A DNA stretch of 53,892 bases, filler included, from Basidioascus undulatus (lineage: Eukaryota): NCBI GenBank assembly GCA_000826855.1. It is 3 parts of 3 records of this genome, joined end to end, with 100 filler letters (N's around TTAATTAATTAA, not from the genome) between each part and the next. Parts side by side here need not be neighbours in the genome. Positions count along the whole stretch, not along the records: positions 1 to 17,912 come from JTLS01000502.1; 2 more parts are not named here. One strand, written 5' to 3'. Positions 1 through 11,954 of the stretch are shown piece by piece. Within the stretch, counting starts at the first letter, position 1, and the number at the start of each line of letters is the position of its first letter. The position numbers and the translations under genes are program-made. The notes beneath the pieces were generated by a model that ran no database searches, had not been told where the DNA came from, and worked only from the letters and a program-made list of their open reading frames with translations.

Positions 1-70
1 TAGTCAGATACTCTACCATTGAGCCAGCCGGCCTTGACCGACGCAGGGATCGAACCTGCAACCCCCTGAT
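1..70 (-). tRNA. tRNA gene with halves in permuted order (3' half 70..35, 1-nt spacer at 34, 5' half 33..1); probably tRNA-Arg(ACG); anticodon cut off by the contig end
   Basis: Minus strand reads A-TCAGG-GGGTT-GCAGG-TTCGATC-CCTGC-GTCGGTC-A (3' half), then A, then GGCCGGC-TG-GCTC-AATGGTA-GAGT-A-TCTGA-CT-A (5' half). The acceptor stem GGCCGGC/GTCGGTC pairs fully (2 G-U), the anticodon stem TCTGA/TCAGG pairs, and the D and T arms are canonical. Arg(ACG) is inferred from A34, the CTGA-CTA...ATCAG arm and the short variable loop. Confidence 0.8.
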
Positions 71-270
71 CTCGACTACCGCTAGCTTACGCTGCTGGTG
101 ACAAGCTAATGTCCAATTAAATTGGTAAGAGCAATGAAAGGTCGTCAAACAGGTGACTGAACAGGTCTGTTCTTTCCGAACCACTCCTCAACCAGTTATT
201 AGGCTATCTCCTCTTGGCTTGTTCCTGTAGTCTGTGCAACGACGACAGCGCGGTGCGCACGCGAACGAAC

Positions 271-2265
271 TCCCAGGACACCCTGGCAGGATTCGCCGTC
301 ATGGCTGCAAGTTTCCTTCGGCAGGGGCAATCACGTATGGCCGTCACAACACAGCACCCTTTTTCTCCAACTGACCCTTTTGCTGGCCGGGGAATGGGCC
401 AGTTCTGGACGAACGTCTTCCCCACACAGCTCGTGGAGCGCCATGCGAGCGAGATCAAGCGTTTTAAGTACGTTGTTAAGATCATGCGCTCGTTCGAGCT
501 GCTGTTCGCGCTCATCCCGATCAAGGTCACCTTGAAGCTGTTCTTGTTTTCTGACGATTGAGTACTCCTTACATTCGTTTCTTCTTTATCGACTCATTCT
601 GAGTCCCGGCTTCATGCAGATTCATAAACTACATGATATACCCGAGGTATCGTGCCCTTCGAGCTGGTCTTGACTGTACGCGGGCGCGCTGACTGAACGT
701 CGACTGCCTGGCTAGCCTCGCCCTATTCCTTGGTAAGCGCTTCTACTGATCTGCCGAAAATCTCTAACCAAGTCTCCCATACTCATCAGGCACCCGCAAT
801 GCAACGCCTGATCTGCCGACCGTCATGATGGAGCGTCTCTACACCTCACCGACATACGGCATGTGTGAGCATGTTGCTTGACGTTCAACCACTCTACATT
901 TACACAAATTCAGTATATATCATTGGGAACAGGGTATCCCGTCGACGACAAGAGCCTCTCGAGCAACTTGCCGCCCATGGTGTTGTTTCCCGAGCGAGCG
1001 AGTTCTACAAGAAATGGCAGAAAACTGTCGAGATCGCGGTGTTAACGTAAGCCATTCAACTCGTACGTTCCAAACACGAAAGGAATTGACACATTCTTTC
1101 AATCTCAGATTCGGTTGTCTACCGAAGTAACGCAGGTCGTCGAACGCAGCAAACGCAGTGTTCGGGTTGCCATCCGCCCGCGTCGAGCGCAGCCGGACGG
1201 GCACAACCCGGCGGGCGCTGACCAGGACCTACCAGAGACGCTCGAGGAATACGCCGAGCTCGTTTTCTGCGTTTTAGTCGATACTGCGGAAAGACGACGA
1301 GATGGATCGATCGTGCCATCTTGGGGCGCACGAAGTGGTCCGAAGATGTCCTGTCATCCATAATGCGAGTGCTCCGTTTTAACCGTTCCTTTCACACACA
1401 GGACGTGGAATACATGGAGAAGTGGTTCACGCCCCACTTCTCCGAGGATCTCGCAGGGTCCGACCTCCATGGGCGGGACGAGTCCGACCGCATCAGGGTA
1501 GGAAAAGCTTCAAGCCGTAAGCACGATATTTTTATAAACTTAAGACTAGCATTACAATACATCTCCCTGCAGCATCTATTACGTCGAACAGGTGCGTGCG
1601 CTTGCGAATGCGCCGCTGCTGCCGGCTCGAGCTTAGGTGTATTTCGCAAGCAGGTTCCGGACGACTCTCGCAAGTTGGTCATGTGTTTCGACTGTTCCGC
1701 ATTTCAGTATCAGTTCCCCAAGGTGAGTTGGACGACTTACAGCGAAGCTCGACCAGCGGCTCAGTTACCTCTATTAGGACAAACCTTTCCAGGATCACGT
1801 CTTCCAGGTCTGCTTCGAGCTCATGACAACGCTTTCGTCCCACCGGATGTCTTGTTGACAGACTTTTCCCCATTGAACAGACCATTTCCCTCAACAAGAA
1901 GCACGAGCACACGTGGCCAAAGACGAAATTGCGAAGGACAGGATCAGTGCGTCGGTTTGGTGCCCTGACAACAAGCTGCTTCTCAACTTTTTCTCAGTCC
2001 ACGAAGACTGGTGGCACTAGCTCAGCTGTGTCACTCGTGGACGCACTACGCTTTCGTCGTCCCCTGGATGTGTCTTCTCAACGGCGCGCGCTCGACCCGA
2101 TTCGCTGCCGCGTGGACTCTGGTCAATGCGCACGAGCTCGCGGTGATCTCGGGCATGGCCGTAGCGTATTCGCTCGGTGCCGAGTACCCCAAAGAGCTGG
2201 AGCAGGATTCGTTCGCGCTCTTGTGTTTCCGACTCTACCTCCTTCTTAGCCATGGGAAGTGGTAG
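271..2265 (+). pseudogene. Degraded FAD/NAD(P)-binding oxidoreductase (fungal amine-oxidase-like family)
   Basis: Exon fragments LQVSFG, FWTNVFPT, LALFLGT, MERLYTSPTYGMW, LPPMVLFP/SEFYKKWQK and FAAAWTLVNAHELAVISGMAVAYSLGAEYP match this family as recalled. Frame breaks at ~995, ~1031 and ~1290; apparent GT->TT donor mutation at 558; no N-terminal GxGxxG exon found. Confidence 0.7.
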
Positions 2266-2415
2266 CGGAAGGGTAGCAATCGAACTTGATATTGATGTGA
2301 TGTACCCGCATGCTTTCATGATAACCCCACATTGCACGTGAAAGCGACGAGTATTCCCTGTGTACGAGAATGCGATGCATGCAGATGAAATCCAAAACAA
2401 GGAAAAAAACCCTCT

Positions 2416-5400
2416 CTACTCCTCCGCCTCGTCCTCCTCGTCGCCCTTAATGTTCGCCTGTGTCCTGTGTGCATTTGAAAAAGGCTCATCAGCAACCGCC
2501 CGCAAATGTGGGCTGCTTGCAAACGTACCAGGCCACCGCACGCCGCTTAACCTCCTCCACGCCCTCCTCGTCATCGGCATCCTTCTCCATCGCCAGCCAC
2601 TTCTTGAACACCGACTTCGCCTTCTTGCTAGAAAGCTTGAGTGCCAGAACGCGGTCGAAGATTGCCCTGAAAGAAACCTTGTCAGCATCGCGAGGGGTTG
2701 AAGTCGAGTCCGCAGAGGAAACGCACCGGATACCGGAGAGATCGCCCTGCTTGTTTAGCATGTCGGCGTAGACGAACCAGAGGTCGAGCTGCTTCGGGTA
2801 GGAGTCGACAATGCCCTCGAAGAGCGTCTTGCCGCGCTCCGCGTCACCGAGCTTGAACTCGAGCTGGGCGAACTTGGAGATGGTGTGGACGTCTGCGGAG
2901 GAGGCGGTTAAGCACGGCCGACGGGATGATGCGCAACACGGTCGAAGACGTACGATCCCGCTTGTCGAGGCTCTTCAAGGACCGAGGAAGGAGAGCACGC
3001 GCATCGTCGACGCGACCTTGCCGCATGTAGTACTCCGCGAACGCGACCCACACGCGAGGCGACGCGCCGAACTTCTTCGCCGCACGCTGGTAGATCTCCT
3101 CCGTTTTCTGTGACGCGCAAGAGTAGGGTGAGCAACAGCGGCTGCTACGCGAGTGTATCAAGACATACCTCGTGCTTGTCAGCCTGCTCGAGAATCGAGG
3201 CCAATCGCAGATGGATCGTCTCCGCGTCGTTGTACTGCGCCGCCTCCTTGAAGACGGTGTCGAGCGTCTTCTCCGTGCCGTAGGTGTTCTCGAGGTTGAG
3301 CAGCGCGATCCAGATGTTGAGCTTCTCCTGCTCCTCGCGGTAGCCGATCGCCTTGAGCGCGCGGCGGCCGACCTCGCGCGCCTTGTCGACCTCGGACAGC
3401 TGCAGCTGGAACGACATGTACTGGATCCAGAGGAACGAGGAGTTGGGCGAGCCGAGCAGCAAGCGCTCAAAGTCGGTCGTCGACTCGGGCGCCTTCGTGG
3501 ACAAGTCCTGCGTCAGGTCGCGCTCGATCGTCGTGCCCTTGCGCCTCTTCTTCTTCTTCCCGTTGTCTTCGTCTGCGGACGCGCCCTCCTCATCGGAGTC
3601 GGACTCCAGGCCGCGCGCGTCGAAGTCGTCGTCCTCGTTCTGTGCGGACCAGCTGAAGCCGCCCGACAGCTCGAGCGCTTGCACCGGCGCCTTGGCCTTG
3701 GCCTTAGCGGACGGCGCGGAGGCTGCAGGCTGCGGTCGTGAGGGAGCGGGTCGTGAGGGAGCGGCGTCCTGTCCCGGAACAGAATGAGCAAGCCGCTCTG
3801 ACCGAAAGATGCACCCGCGTGTACACGTACCTCATCGTCGCTGCCATCCTCGACAAAGTCGGCGTCCTCGCCCTCCTCGTCGTCCTCGTCGTCCTCGCCC
3901 TCTTCATCATCGTCCTCCCCCTCGTCCGAGCCAGCGCCCTGGGCCTCCGCCATCTCGACGTCCCTAACGACAACGCAGATCAACTACAGGGATACATGGG
4001 AAATCCAGGTAGACTGCGGAGAACGTACTCGTCCTCGTCGTCCTCATCCTCGTCGTCCTCCTCCGTCGGCCGTGCAAGATCCGCCTCGAAGTCGTCCTGG
4101 GTGAAGTAGCTAGGCTTGAGGCCGAAGCTGATCTTGCCCTTCTCCTCGTCGATCGAGAGGATGATCGCCTTGACGGCGTCGCCCTCCGAGAACGCCTCCA
4201 GCGCGCGCGCGACGTCGGCCTTCGGATCGTCGGCGAGCTGTACAGCGCAAGGATCAGCCATGATCACGCAATAAAGATCCCAATGTGATGGAGAAAGTAC
4301 CTCAGACTTGTGGCAGAGACCGCTGACGTTCGAGCCGTCGATGCGCAGGAAGACGCCGTACGGCTCGACCTTGCGGACGGTCGCTTTGACCTTGTCGCCG
4401 ACGGAGAAGTCGGTGAGGCGAGCGGTCTTCTTCAATGCCTTCTCGCTGCGCAACGACAGCTCGACCTTCCTTGACTCGGCGTTCGCGCTGAAGATGAACC
4501 CCCGTTTGTAAGCGTCTGGTTAGAACAGGCGATGCAAGAACCAAGATACCTCAGCACGCGACCCTGGACAAGCTGACCCTCATTGAATCGCGGCTTCCAC
4601 TCCTTGACGAACTGGAACGCCGAAAGCTGCGTGAGCATGCTTCAGGAAACATAGTTTTCGGACATGGATACGCACCTCATCAAACATCTCGCGAATCTGC
4701 ACGCGAGCGGTAACGCCCCTGCCGAGAGCGACGAACAAGCCGGCGTCCGAGATGTTGGTGACGAAGCCGCGCAGTGTCTCCCCGACCTTGAGCTCCCCCA
4801 CAGCGCCAATCTCGCGGTCCGCGACCTTGCCCTTCTTTGCCGGGTTGACGCGCGACGGGCGGGTCGAGAGGTCGACGGTGCGCTTCGAGCGGTTGACGTG
4901 GACGACGACGCACTTGATCTCGTCTCCCGGCTTGGGCGTCGTCTTGTCCGCGACGAGCGCAAAATCGTCAGCGAGGTCGGTGATCGCGAGCTGGCCCCGC
5001 ATGTTGGACGAGATCTGGACATTGAGGCCTTTGGCGCTGCGGCCGACGACGCGCCCGGGGAGGACCTGGCCGTCCTTGAGCGAGTCGGTGTCGAGCGGCT
5101 TGGACGGCCCCGCAGCCTGGACCTTCGCGCGCGGGTTATTGCTGACGATGACGATGCCCTTGTCCGGGTTCTTGGAGACCACCATCAGGTCCGGGAGCGT
5201 CTCGCCCGTACGCACGCTCTCCCGCAGCGCAGCGACGCTCAGCCCCTGGTGGTGCGCGAGGTTCGCGATCGAGCACAGAGCGCGCGTCTTGTTGGGCTCG
5301 AGGAGCACGACGATGTTCGGCTCCCGGAACTCCGACACCGTGCCCGTGACGGCGCTGCCGATCTGGATCGACGCGAGCGGGTCGACGACCTCCTCCGGCT

Positions 5401-8149
5401 CCGCGCCCTCGGCAGACTGCCGGATCGATGCAAAGATGCGGGACGCGTCGCGCTCGACCTTCGTGATGCGGACCTTGACGAGCTGGCCGAGGTAGAGGTG
5501 CTCCGACGGGTCGCGAGTGTAGGTGTCGCTACGAATGAGTGCAAAATTGTCAACAGGACAACGCAGGATTCAATAGATTTTCAAGTGAACCGTACCTGAT
5601 CTCCCCAAGCGAAACGAACGCGCGTCGACGGCCGAAGAAGTCGACCAGCACGCCCTTGTCCTTGAATGCTGCGACGACGGCGTGCGTGACCATGCCGACC
5701 TTGGCGTCGTCGATGTCGGCGACGATCGGGAGGTCCGACTTGACCAGGCTCTTTTTGAGCGTGACCGTGACGCGGTTGCGCTCAGGCTCGGCGGTCAGGA
5801 TCTGCGTATTCCTCATCATCAACTCAGGGCAATCGCATCGACAGTGGAAGGTCAAACGCACCCTGCACTTGACCGACACCCCAACCTTGTACTTCTTCTC
5901 CGGGTTCTTGAGCCTGACGTCGGAGAAGTGGAGGGGCCAGACGAGCGCGTCGACGTTGCCCTGGATGGCGACGAAGATGCGCTCGCTCGAGACCTTCTTC
6001 ACTGTGCCCTGGACGACCTCGCCGACCTTGGCATCGCTGACACGCATGAACGCCTTGTCCAGCACGGACGCGCGCAAAGAGAGCTGCACCACCCCGTCCG
6101 CGAGCGCGATGCCCACCACGCGCGCGCGGTGCTTCGACCCGACGCGGTACGTCCCGGCGTGGCCGGAGATGGAGGGGACGTGGTCGTCGGAGATTTGGGA
6201 AATCTGGCGGACGCAGAACAGAAAATGAGCATCTCCATGTGCGCAAGGTGGCAAGAGCGGTTTAGTGGGCAGTAACGTACGTGAACGAAACCGCTCATGG
6301 GCGAGTCAGGGATGGAGACGACGAGGCCGCGCTCGCTCTCGACGCGGACGACCTTGACAGCGTCGATGATCATCCCGCGCGGGTACGCCTCGGCGGGCTC
6401 GAGCTCGCCCTCGCCGACGGTGATCTGCTTGAGGCCGACGAGGTGGGGCAGGAGTGAGAGCGCGAACCGCTTCGGGTTGCTCGTCGGGGAGTCCCACATC
6501 AGGCGGGCCTTGATCTGATGCCGTAGAGTCCAACCGCATCAGCAACGACTCGACGGGACGGAAAGGAGGGAGTAAGCACCTTCTTCCCTACGGGGAACCG
6601 CTCCTCGAGCGTGCCGGGCGCGAACGGGATGTGGTCGCGGTCAATCGTCCCGTCGAAAAAGCCAAGGAACTTGACGTTCAGCCCCATGGGTACAACAGCG
6701 GTGATGAGGCCGTTGACGAGCGCGCCGGGGAGGAGAGACGAGAGGGTCGAGGCGGAGGTGAGCTGTGAGGGCGATCAGTCAGCTAATGAGCCAAAGGCTT
6801 GGTGTGAACAGGCTCACGATGGTCTGCGCGTTCAAGGTCGGGTCCGGCGAAAGCGTGCAGGTGCGGGTGTTTTCGGTCACGGTGGAGACGGTGAGGGGGA
6901 GGAGCTGGCCGAGCTGGAGCGGCTTGTCTGTAACATATGAAGGATAAGCGACAATCTTCATCGGGGACCCAGTCAAGCCTGACTTGCCGTCAGAGACGAG
7001 ACCAGCCTTTTTCAGATCGCCGTTCGAGACGAAGCCGTCGACGTCCGTCAGGCCGAGGTCGATCAGGTAGCCGTGGTCCTCCTGGCTCCGGACCGCGCCG
7101 GTCACAGTCTGATCCAACAACCACCAATCAGTATAACGCGCTCGCCTTTGTCCACCGAATCTAAGTAACACTCACGAATCCCCGCTGGAGGTCGGCCTTG
7201 ACGACGCCCTCATTCACCGCCTTGGGGTCAAGCGTCAGCTCGACCTTCCGGCTCGCGCGGACGAGCTCCTCGCCCTCCTTCGTCACGCGCCCCGCGGCGC
7301 CCGCGCCCGAGTGCACCTCCGCGACGGCCGCGCGGACCCACTGGCCTGTGTGGAAGAGGTCGTTCAGGCTCGGCAGCCCGTCGTCGTCCTCGTCGTCCTC
7401 GTCGTCTGATTCGGCGGAAGAGGAGGCGGACGCGGCGTTGGCGGCGGCGGTGAGGCGGGAGGTGAAGATCGAGGAGAGGTTGGTGATGGGAACGTGGCCG
7501 AGGAGCTGGCTTGGGAGAGAGAGGACGAGCTCGAGGGGCGTGATGAGCGCGATTTTGCAGAGGAGCTTGGTGCCGGGGGTGAGACGCTGCGGTAAGGGTT
7601 ATACGAGTCAGCTTTAAAATGCGCTGAAATGCCAGAAGAACTGCATGCGCACCTTGTAGTTGAGGTGCTCCACCCGCAGCGTCTCCGACGTCTCCTTCCC
7701 TCCCTCCGTCGCGGTGGCCTTCTTCGCCTTAGCCGCCCCCACGCTCGTCCTCGCCTTCTTCTCCTTCTTCGACTTAGTAGAGGCCGTGCCATCCTACTCT
7801 CCCCCCACACACGTCAGCCTCATCCTATCCACCCGCCAAGCTCAAAAGAGAAGACGGAGTCCCGTACCTTGAATAGCTTGTCCTCGTCCTCGGCCATCTT
7901 GCGCCCCTCTATGCCCGCCTCCCGCAGCTCCACCGGCGTCAAGCTCGTTCCGCCCCCACGCGGGAACGCGGCCTCGTTCACGTCCATGCGGGAGGCGGTC
8001 GGGGCGGCTGGGGCAGGGGCAGGGGCAGCGTCGCCATCGAAGCGGCGGTGCTTCTTGGCCGGCGGCGCGCCCGCTGCCGCGGCCGCTGAGTCGCTCTTGC
8101 GCGGCGCCTTCTTGTCGGTGTCGTCGCGAGAGCGCTTTTTGGTCGACAT
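2416..8149 (-). CDS. RRP5: rRNA biogenesis protein Rrp5 (S1 repeats plus C-terminal HAT/TPR repeats), multi-exon
   Basis: Starts MSTKKRSRDD...FPRGGGTSLTPVE. Many S1 repeats (e.g. GDKVKATVRKVEPYGVFLRI). HAT region has DFERLLLGSPNSSFLWIQYMSFQLQLSEVDKAR, YREEQEKLNIWIALLNLENTYG and KKAKSVFKKWL. Confidence 0.96.
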
Positions 8150-8363
8150 GCTGCCGATTAAATGAGAGTTGTGGATAATGGATCGGAACGGACGCAGGCG
8201 AGAAGCTGCGAGGGAGTTGGGACTGGTTCAAACTTCCATGCGACTCGCTTAGTCAGGAAACGCGTCCACCTCGAATCTCGCCCACGCAGCCCCCTTTCCT
8301 TCTCTCTGTCTCACCACCATCACGTTCAAAACATTCAAACCATTCAAAACATCATTAGACATA

Positions 8364-9423
8364 ATGACCTCCGAAACTGATCCGCTAATTCCCAGTACGA
8401 CCACCCCGCCCCGCGAGCTCACCTTTTTAGAACGCGCACGGCGCCAGTGCGTCTTCTCGAATCCGAAGTCCCCCACGGTACCTCGCTCATCGATCGTTTC
8501 AATTCTCTAATAATCCACTGTGCCCATCGATCCAGTCTTTCCGAGGATGTATCGATCGATCAGAGCGTCGCTCCTCTCGCGCTCCAATGCGCTCTCACAG
8601 GCCTGATAGATTCCGTCTCGTGGTCGACTGCCGCAGTCTGGGTGGCTTTCCAAGTACAGCTCGTGCTCGATCTGTGCCTTCATTCTACATCCCATACTGA
8701 CATGCCTGAGCACACCGCCAGACAGGAAACATGGTCCAACTAAGCATGGGCCTCGCCTCGACGCCCCCGGGCCCGCACTTCCAGATCCGCGCCGCCTCCA
8801 TCGCAGGCTTCATGCTCGGGTGCCTCGTCTCCGGGCGGATCGTCGCCCGGGCTGGTCCCAAGACGCGCGCACGCTGCGCGGGCATCGCGCTCGCCCAGGC
8901 CATCGTTATCGCGCTCGTGGTCGTTCTTAGCGTGACCACGCGGCTGGGGGCCGTCGAGCCTGCGACTGTGGCGTTGGTGCGAGATTCTGTTCCTCCCGGT
9001 CCGGCAAGACGGTCACTGATGAGAGAGTGTTGGAAGCTCGCCTTCGCCATGGGCCTGCAAGCTGTATCCGCCTCCCGCCTCTCCTCCGCGCCCTTCGCAA
9101 CGACCGTAGCCTTCAGTGCGTACCCACGCTCATCTCCCCCTCGCTTATTCCCAGCTCACGCCGCCCACTCCCCAGCCGCCACCCTCTCCTCCATCCTCTC
9201 CGACCCGACCTTCCCCCTCCTCGGGCGCCAAGGCGGCCTGCGCGTCCTCAGCGTCGTGATGCTCTTCGCGGGCGCGGCGCTCGGGCAGCTCCTGGTGGAC
9301 AGCCCGCAGATCGGCTCGGAAGGCGCGCTCGGCGTCGCGGCTGCGCTGGAGGGCGTGCTGGCGCTGTTGTGGGCCGTGGGCCATGGGCAGTTAGAGGAGA
9401 GGTCTGCAATGGGGTCTCGTTAG
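8364..9423 (+). CDS. DUF1275/YoaK-family integral membrane protein
   Basis: Spliced motif LTGLIDSVSWS...VWVAFQ|TGNMVQL, then hydrophobic helices and LAFAMGLQA...FATTVAF. Confidence 0.8.
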
Positions 9424-9597
9424 GAGTCACTCTACTAGAGCGCTTGGAAAGTATAATGGAAATAATCACTTGAGTGCTCTCAAGTTTCCTACTCCTTTGC
9501 TTGACCTGTCGTTCAAAGCCGCCTTCCGAGCGACTGAACTGCTAGCCACACTCTAATCCGCACACCAACAGCATATCCACCATCGCTCCAAGATGCA

Positions 9598-10701
9598 TCA
9601 CACCCCCAAACCCTCCACCCACCCCTTGTCCAGCCCGGCGAGCCCCTCCGCGTCCGCACGCGCCAAGCACCGCGCGAGCACGATCGTCTCGCGCGCCTCG
9701 GCCGCCTTGACCCACACGCGCCCGTTCGTGCCCGTCGCGAGCTCGAAGGGGAAGTCGAGGAGCGCGGAGAGGCGGTCGAGGATGGGGGAGGTTGGGCGGA
9801 GGAGGCTGGTCCGCGTGTGTGAGCTCCGGCGCAGGGGGGAGGAGAGGGAGGGTGAGAAGCGCACTTTCTGCAGAGGCCCAGGGAGAGACCCTCGAGCAGG
9901 AACCCCTCCTTGAGCTCGCCGAACCCCTCGCCCTTACCCGTATTCGGGTTCACGCATTCCAGTTCCGTCTCCATGTCCTTGTGCGCGAGGCTCACACGCG
10001 CATAGACGAGCGTGCCTACCTGTTCGCGAGCGGGCCCAACTCATCATCAGTATGGGCGTTCGTCCTCGAGGAGTCGGAGTCGAAGTCGCCCGAGGATAGA
10101 AAGAGTGAAGAGGAGAGCGTGTCAGGGACGAAGAGGAATACGAAACGCACCTTGAGGTTCGGCTTGTTCCGCTTTGTGGCGCCCTCGAAGGCGAGCGCGT
10201 CGAGCGATGCGTGCGAGGACGAGGCGATGTCGACGCGGTAGCCCTCTGCATGGCGCGCTGAGATGATGCCGATAACGGACTCGCCGAGCGCGGGGAGATA
10301 CTGCGGGTTGACAACTTCAACTTCAGCTTCAACCACGCCTCACGAGCACCAAGAGAAAGGCACCGCCCACTCACCCGCTTGCCGTTCCCCTCAATCCACC
10401 ACCTCTCCCCCGCCCGCGCCTTGCCCTTCTCCTTCTCCTTCTCCTTCTCCGCACCCGCACCCTGCATCTCCACGCCCCCTTCCTGCTGCTGCTCGCGCTT
10501 CACGCCCTTCCCCGCCAGGTAGCCGAGCACCCCAGCCCGCACAGCAACGACCGTCTCTCCCCTGGCGCCAGTCCCGGCCGTGCGCTTGTCGACGACGTGC
10601 AGGACGCCCGGGCCGAGCGCGATGGGCGCGGCGGCGGAGGAGGTGGAGGGCAGGGAGAGCGGGAGTGCGTCGCCGGGAAGGACGACGGCGGGGGAGGACA
10701 T
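9598..10701 (-). CDS. RRP40: Exosome complex component Rrp40
   Basis: MSSPAVVLPGD...IALGPG; YLPALGESVIGII...EGYRVDI...ASLDALAFEGATKRNKPNLK; AHKDMETELEC; GFGELKEG; PFELATGTNGRVWV. Confidence 0.95.
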
Positions 10702-11228
10702 GGTTGATAGGGGAGTGGGGATATCGTGTCGGTGCGGGTGGGAAGGAGGTGTGCGGTGGACAATAATGAGGATGAGGGTGAAGGGACAAGGATGGCAAGC
10801 GCGAAGACGGTCGCGAAGAGCGTGAGAGTTTCTGCGCAGCTTCATCAAGCGGAAAAGCTCCGCCTCACCGTTTCTGGCGAAACTCCACGCAGTTGGTCAC
10901 TTCGTTGCAAATGCTCTCCAAAGACGGGAATATAAAGGCTCTATCCCGCATTATAGGTGCTGCCAAGAATCAGCATACAGGCTCAAAACCAGCTCTACTT
11001 ACGTAAGCTGTGCAGGCAGGTCAGCGCCGGACAGAATCACCCCCAAGAGCCCAATCGACAATGCTCTGCGATGCAAATATTCCCCCTCCGAGATCCGGAG
11101 TGTCCGCAAGCTGAGACCCCCCATGCTAAGACCCCGTCAGTGCCCAGCGAACCCATTCGTCCGGCAACACACACTCAAGACGCGATGAAAGCATAGCATG
11201 CATGCCTCCCGAGCCTCCTCCGCAGGTG

Positions 11229-11954
11229 TCACAAGAACCCCTTCGCAGTCTGCCCCGCTCTCCGGACAATCTGCTGCTCCGGTGGCGGGGGCTCGCGCGC
11301 CTGCGGTGGTACCGTCGGCGGGGGATGTGCGTCCACCTTCTCCTCCTCCTTCGATGGCGCTTCGCCCTCCGCTGACGAGCCGCTGTCCAGCTCCTGCAAG
11401 ACTGCAGGCGCCCAACACGACGTCAGCAAGCTCCCGCGAGGGCACCGCTCCAGATCCTCCGCGCACTCACCTCTCTCCCACTCCCTCTCCGTCCTCCGCA
11501 CCTCCTCCCTGACCCTCTCGCGCTCGCCCTCCGGCCTCTCCTGCCCAAAAAGGACCTCCCCCCACCCAATTTTCTCCCCCCTGACCCCGCGCCCCGTCAC
11601 CTCGCCCTCCACGCCGCGCAAACCCACAAGGCGCAGCCCGCGCTCGACCTCCTCCTCCGGCACGCGCTCCCCGCGCCGGTACCGCCCCACCATCTCCTCG
11701 AGCAGCGAGATCTGCGACTGCGCGCGGGAGCGCAGCGCCGCCTTCTCTTTGCGTGTGATGAGCAGGTGAAACGACAGCGTGGTGATCGCCGTCCAGGAGA
11801 GGAGGAACGGGAGAGAGCGCCGCAGGACCTGCCGGAGAGGCGGGCGCGGGGGCGCGGGCGGTCGGGGCGGGAGGTGGAAGAGGTCGCTGAGGACAGGAGG
11901 GCTTCAATGGAGGGTTGTGTAGGTGTGACGGAGCTAGACCCACCGGGTGGACAT
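11229..11954 (-). CDS. Small single-TM protein, DUF5321-like (3 exons)
   Basis: ATG TCC ACC CG|GT..AG intron gives MSTRDLFHLPP...LPFLLSWTAITTLSFHLLITRKEKAALRSRAQSQISLLEEMVGRYRRGERV. A second GT-AG intron (11470..11402) keeps the frame to the stop at 11229. The pattern resembles fungal DUF5321 as recalled. Confidence 0.6.

Noticed and set aside
81..270. A conventional 5' tRNA half upstream of the 3' half (ordinary intron-containing gene)
   Set aside because: No sequence able to pair with GTCGGTC followed by a D arm was found here, and I noticed no second copy of the 5' half elsewhere in the window.
3732..3764. 15-nt direct repeat, and other short repeats such as (CCTTCT)n at ~10425-10450 and (GCAC)n at ~38325-38345, as CRISPR or mobile-element ends
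   Set aside because: No spacers or transposase; these are low-complexity coding repeats (APSRP, KE) or microsatellites.
4664..5599. Long plus-strand ORFs opposite real genes (311 aa here; also 41414-42721, 33878-34792, 30899-31615)
   Set aside because: These are antisense shadows produced by GC3-biased codons in RRP5, TPS2 and the histidine kinase.
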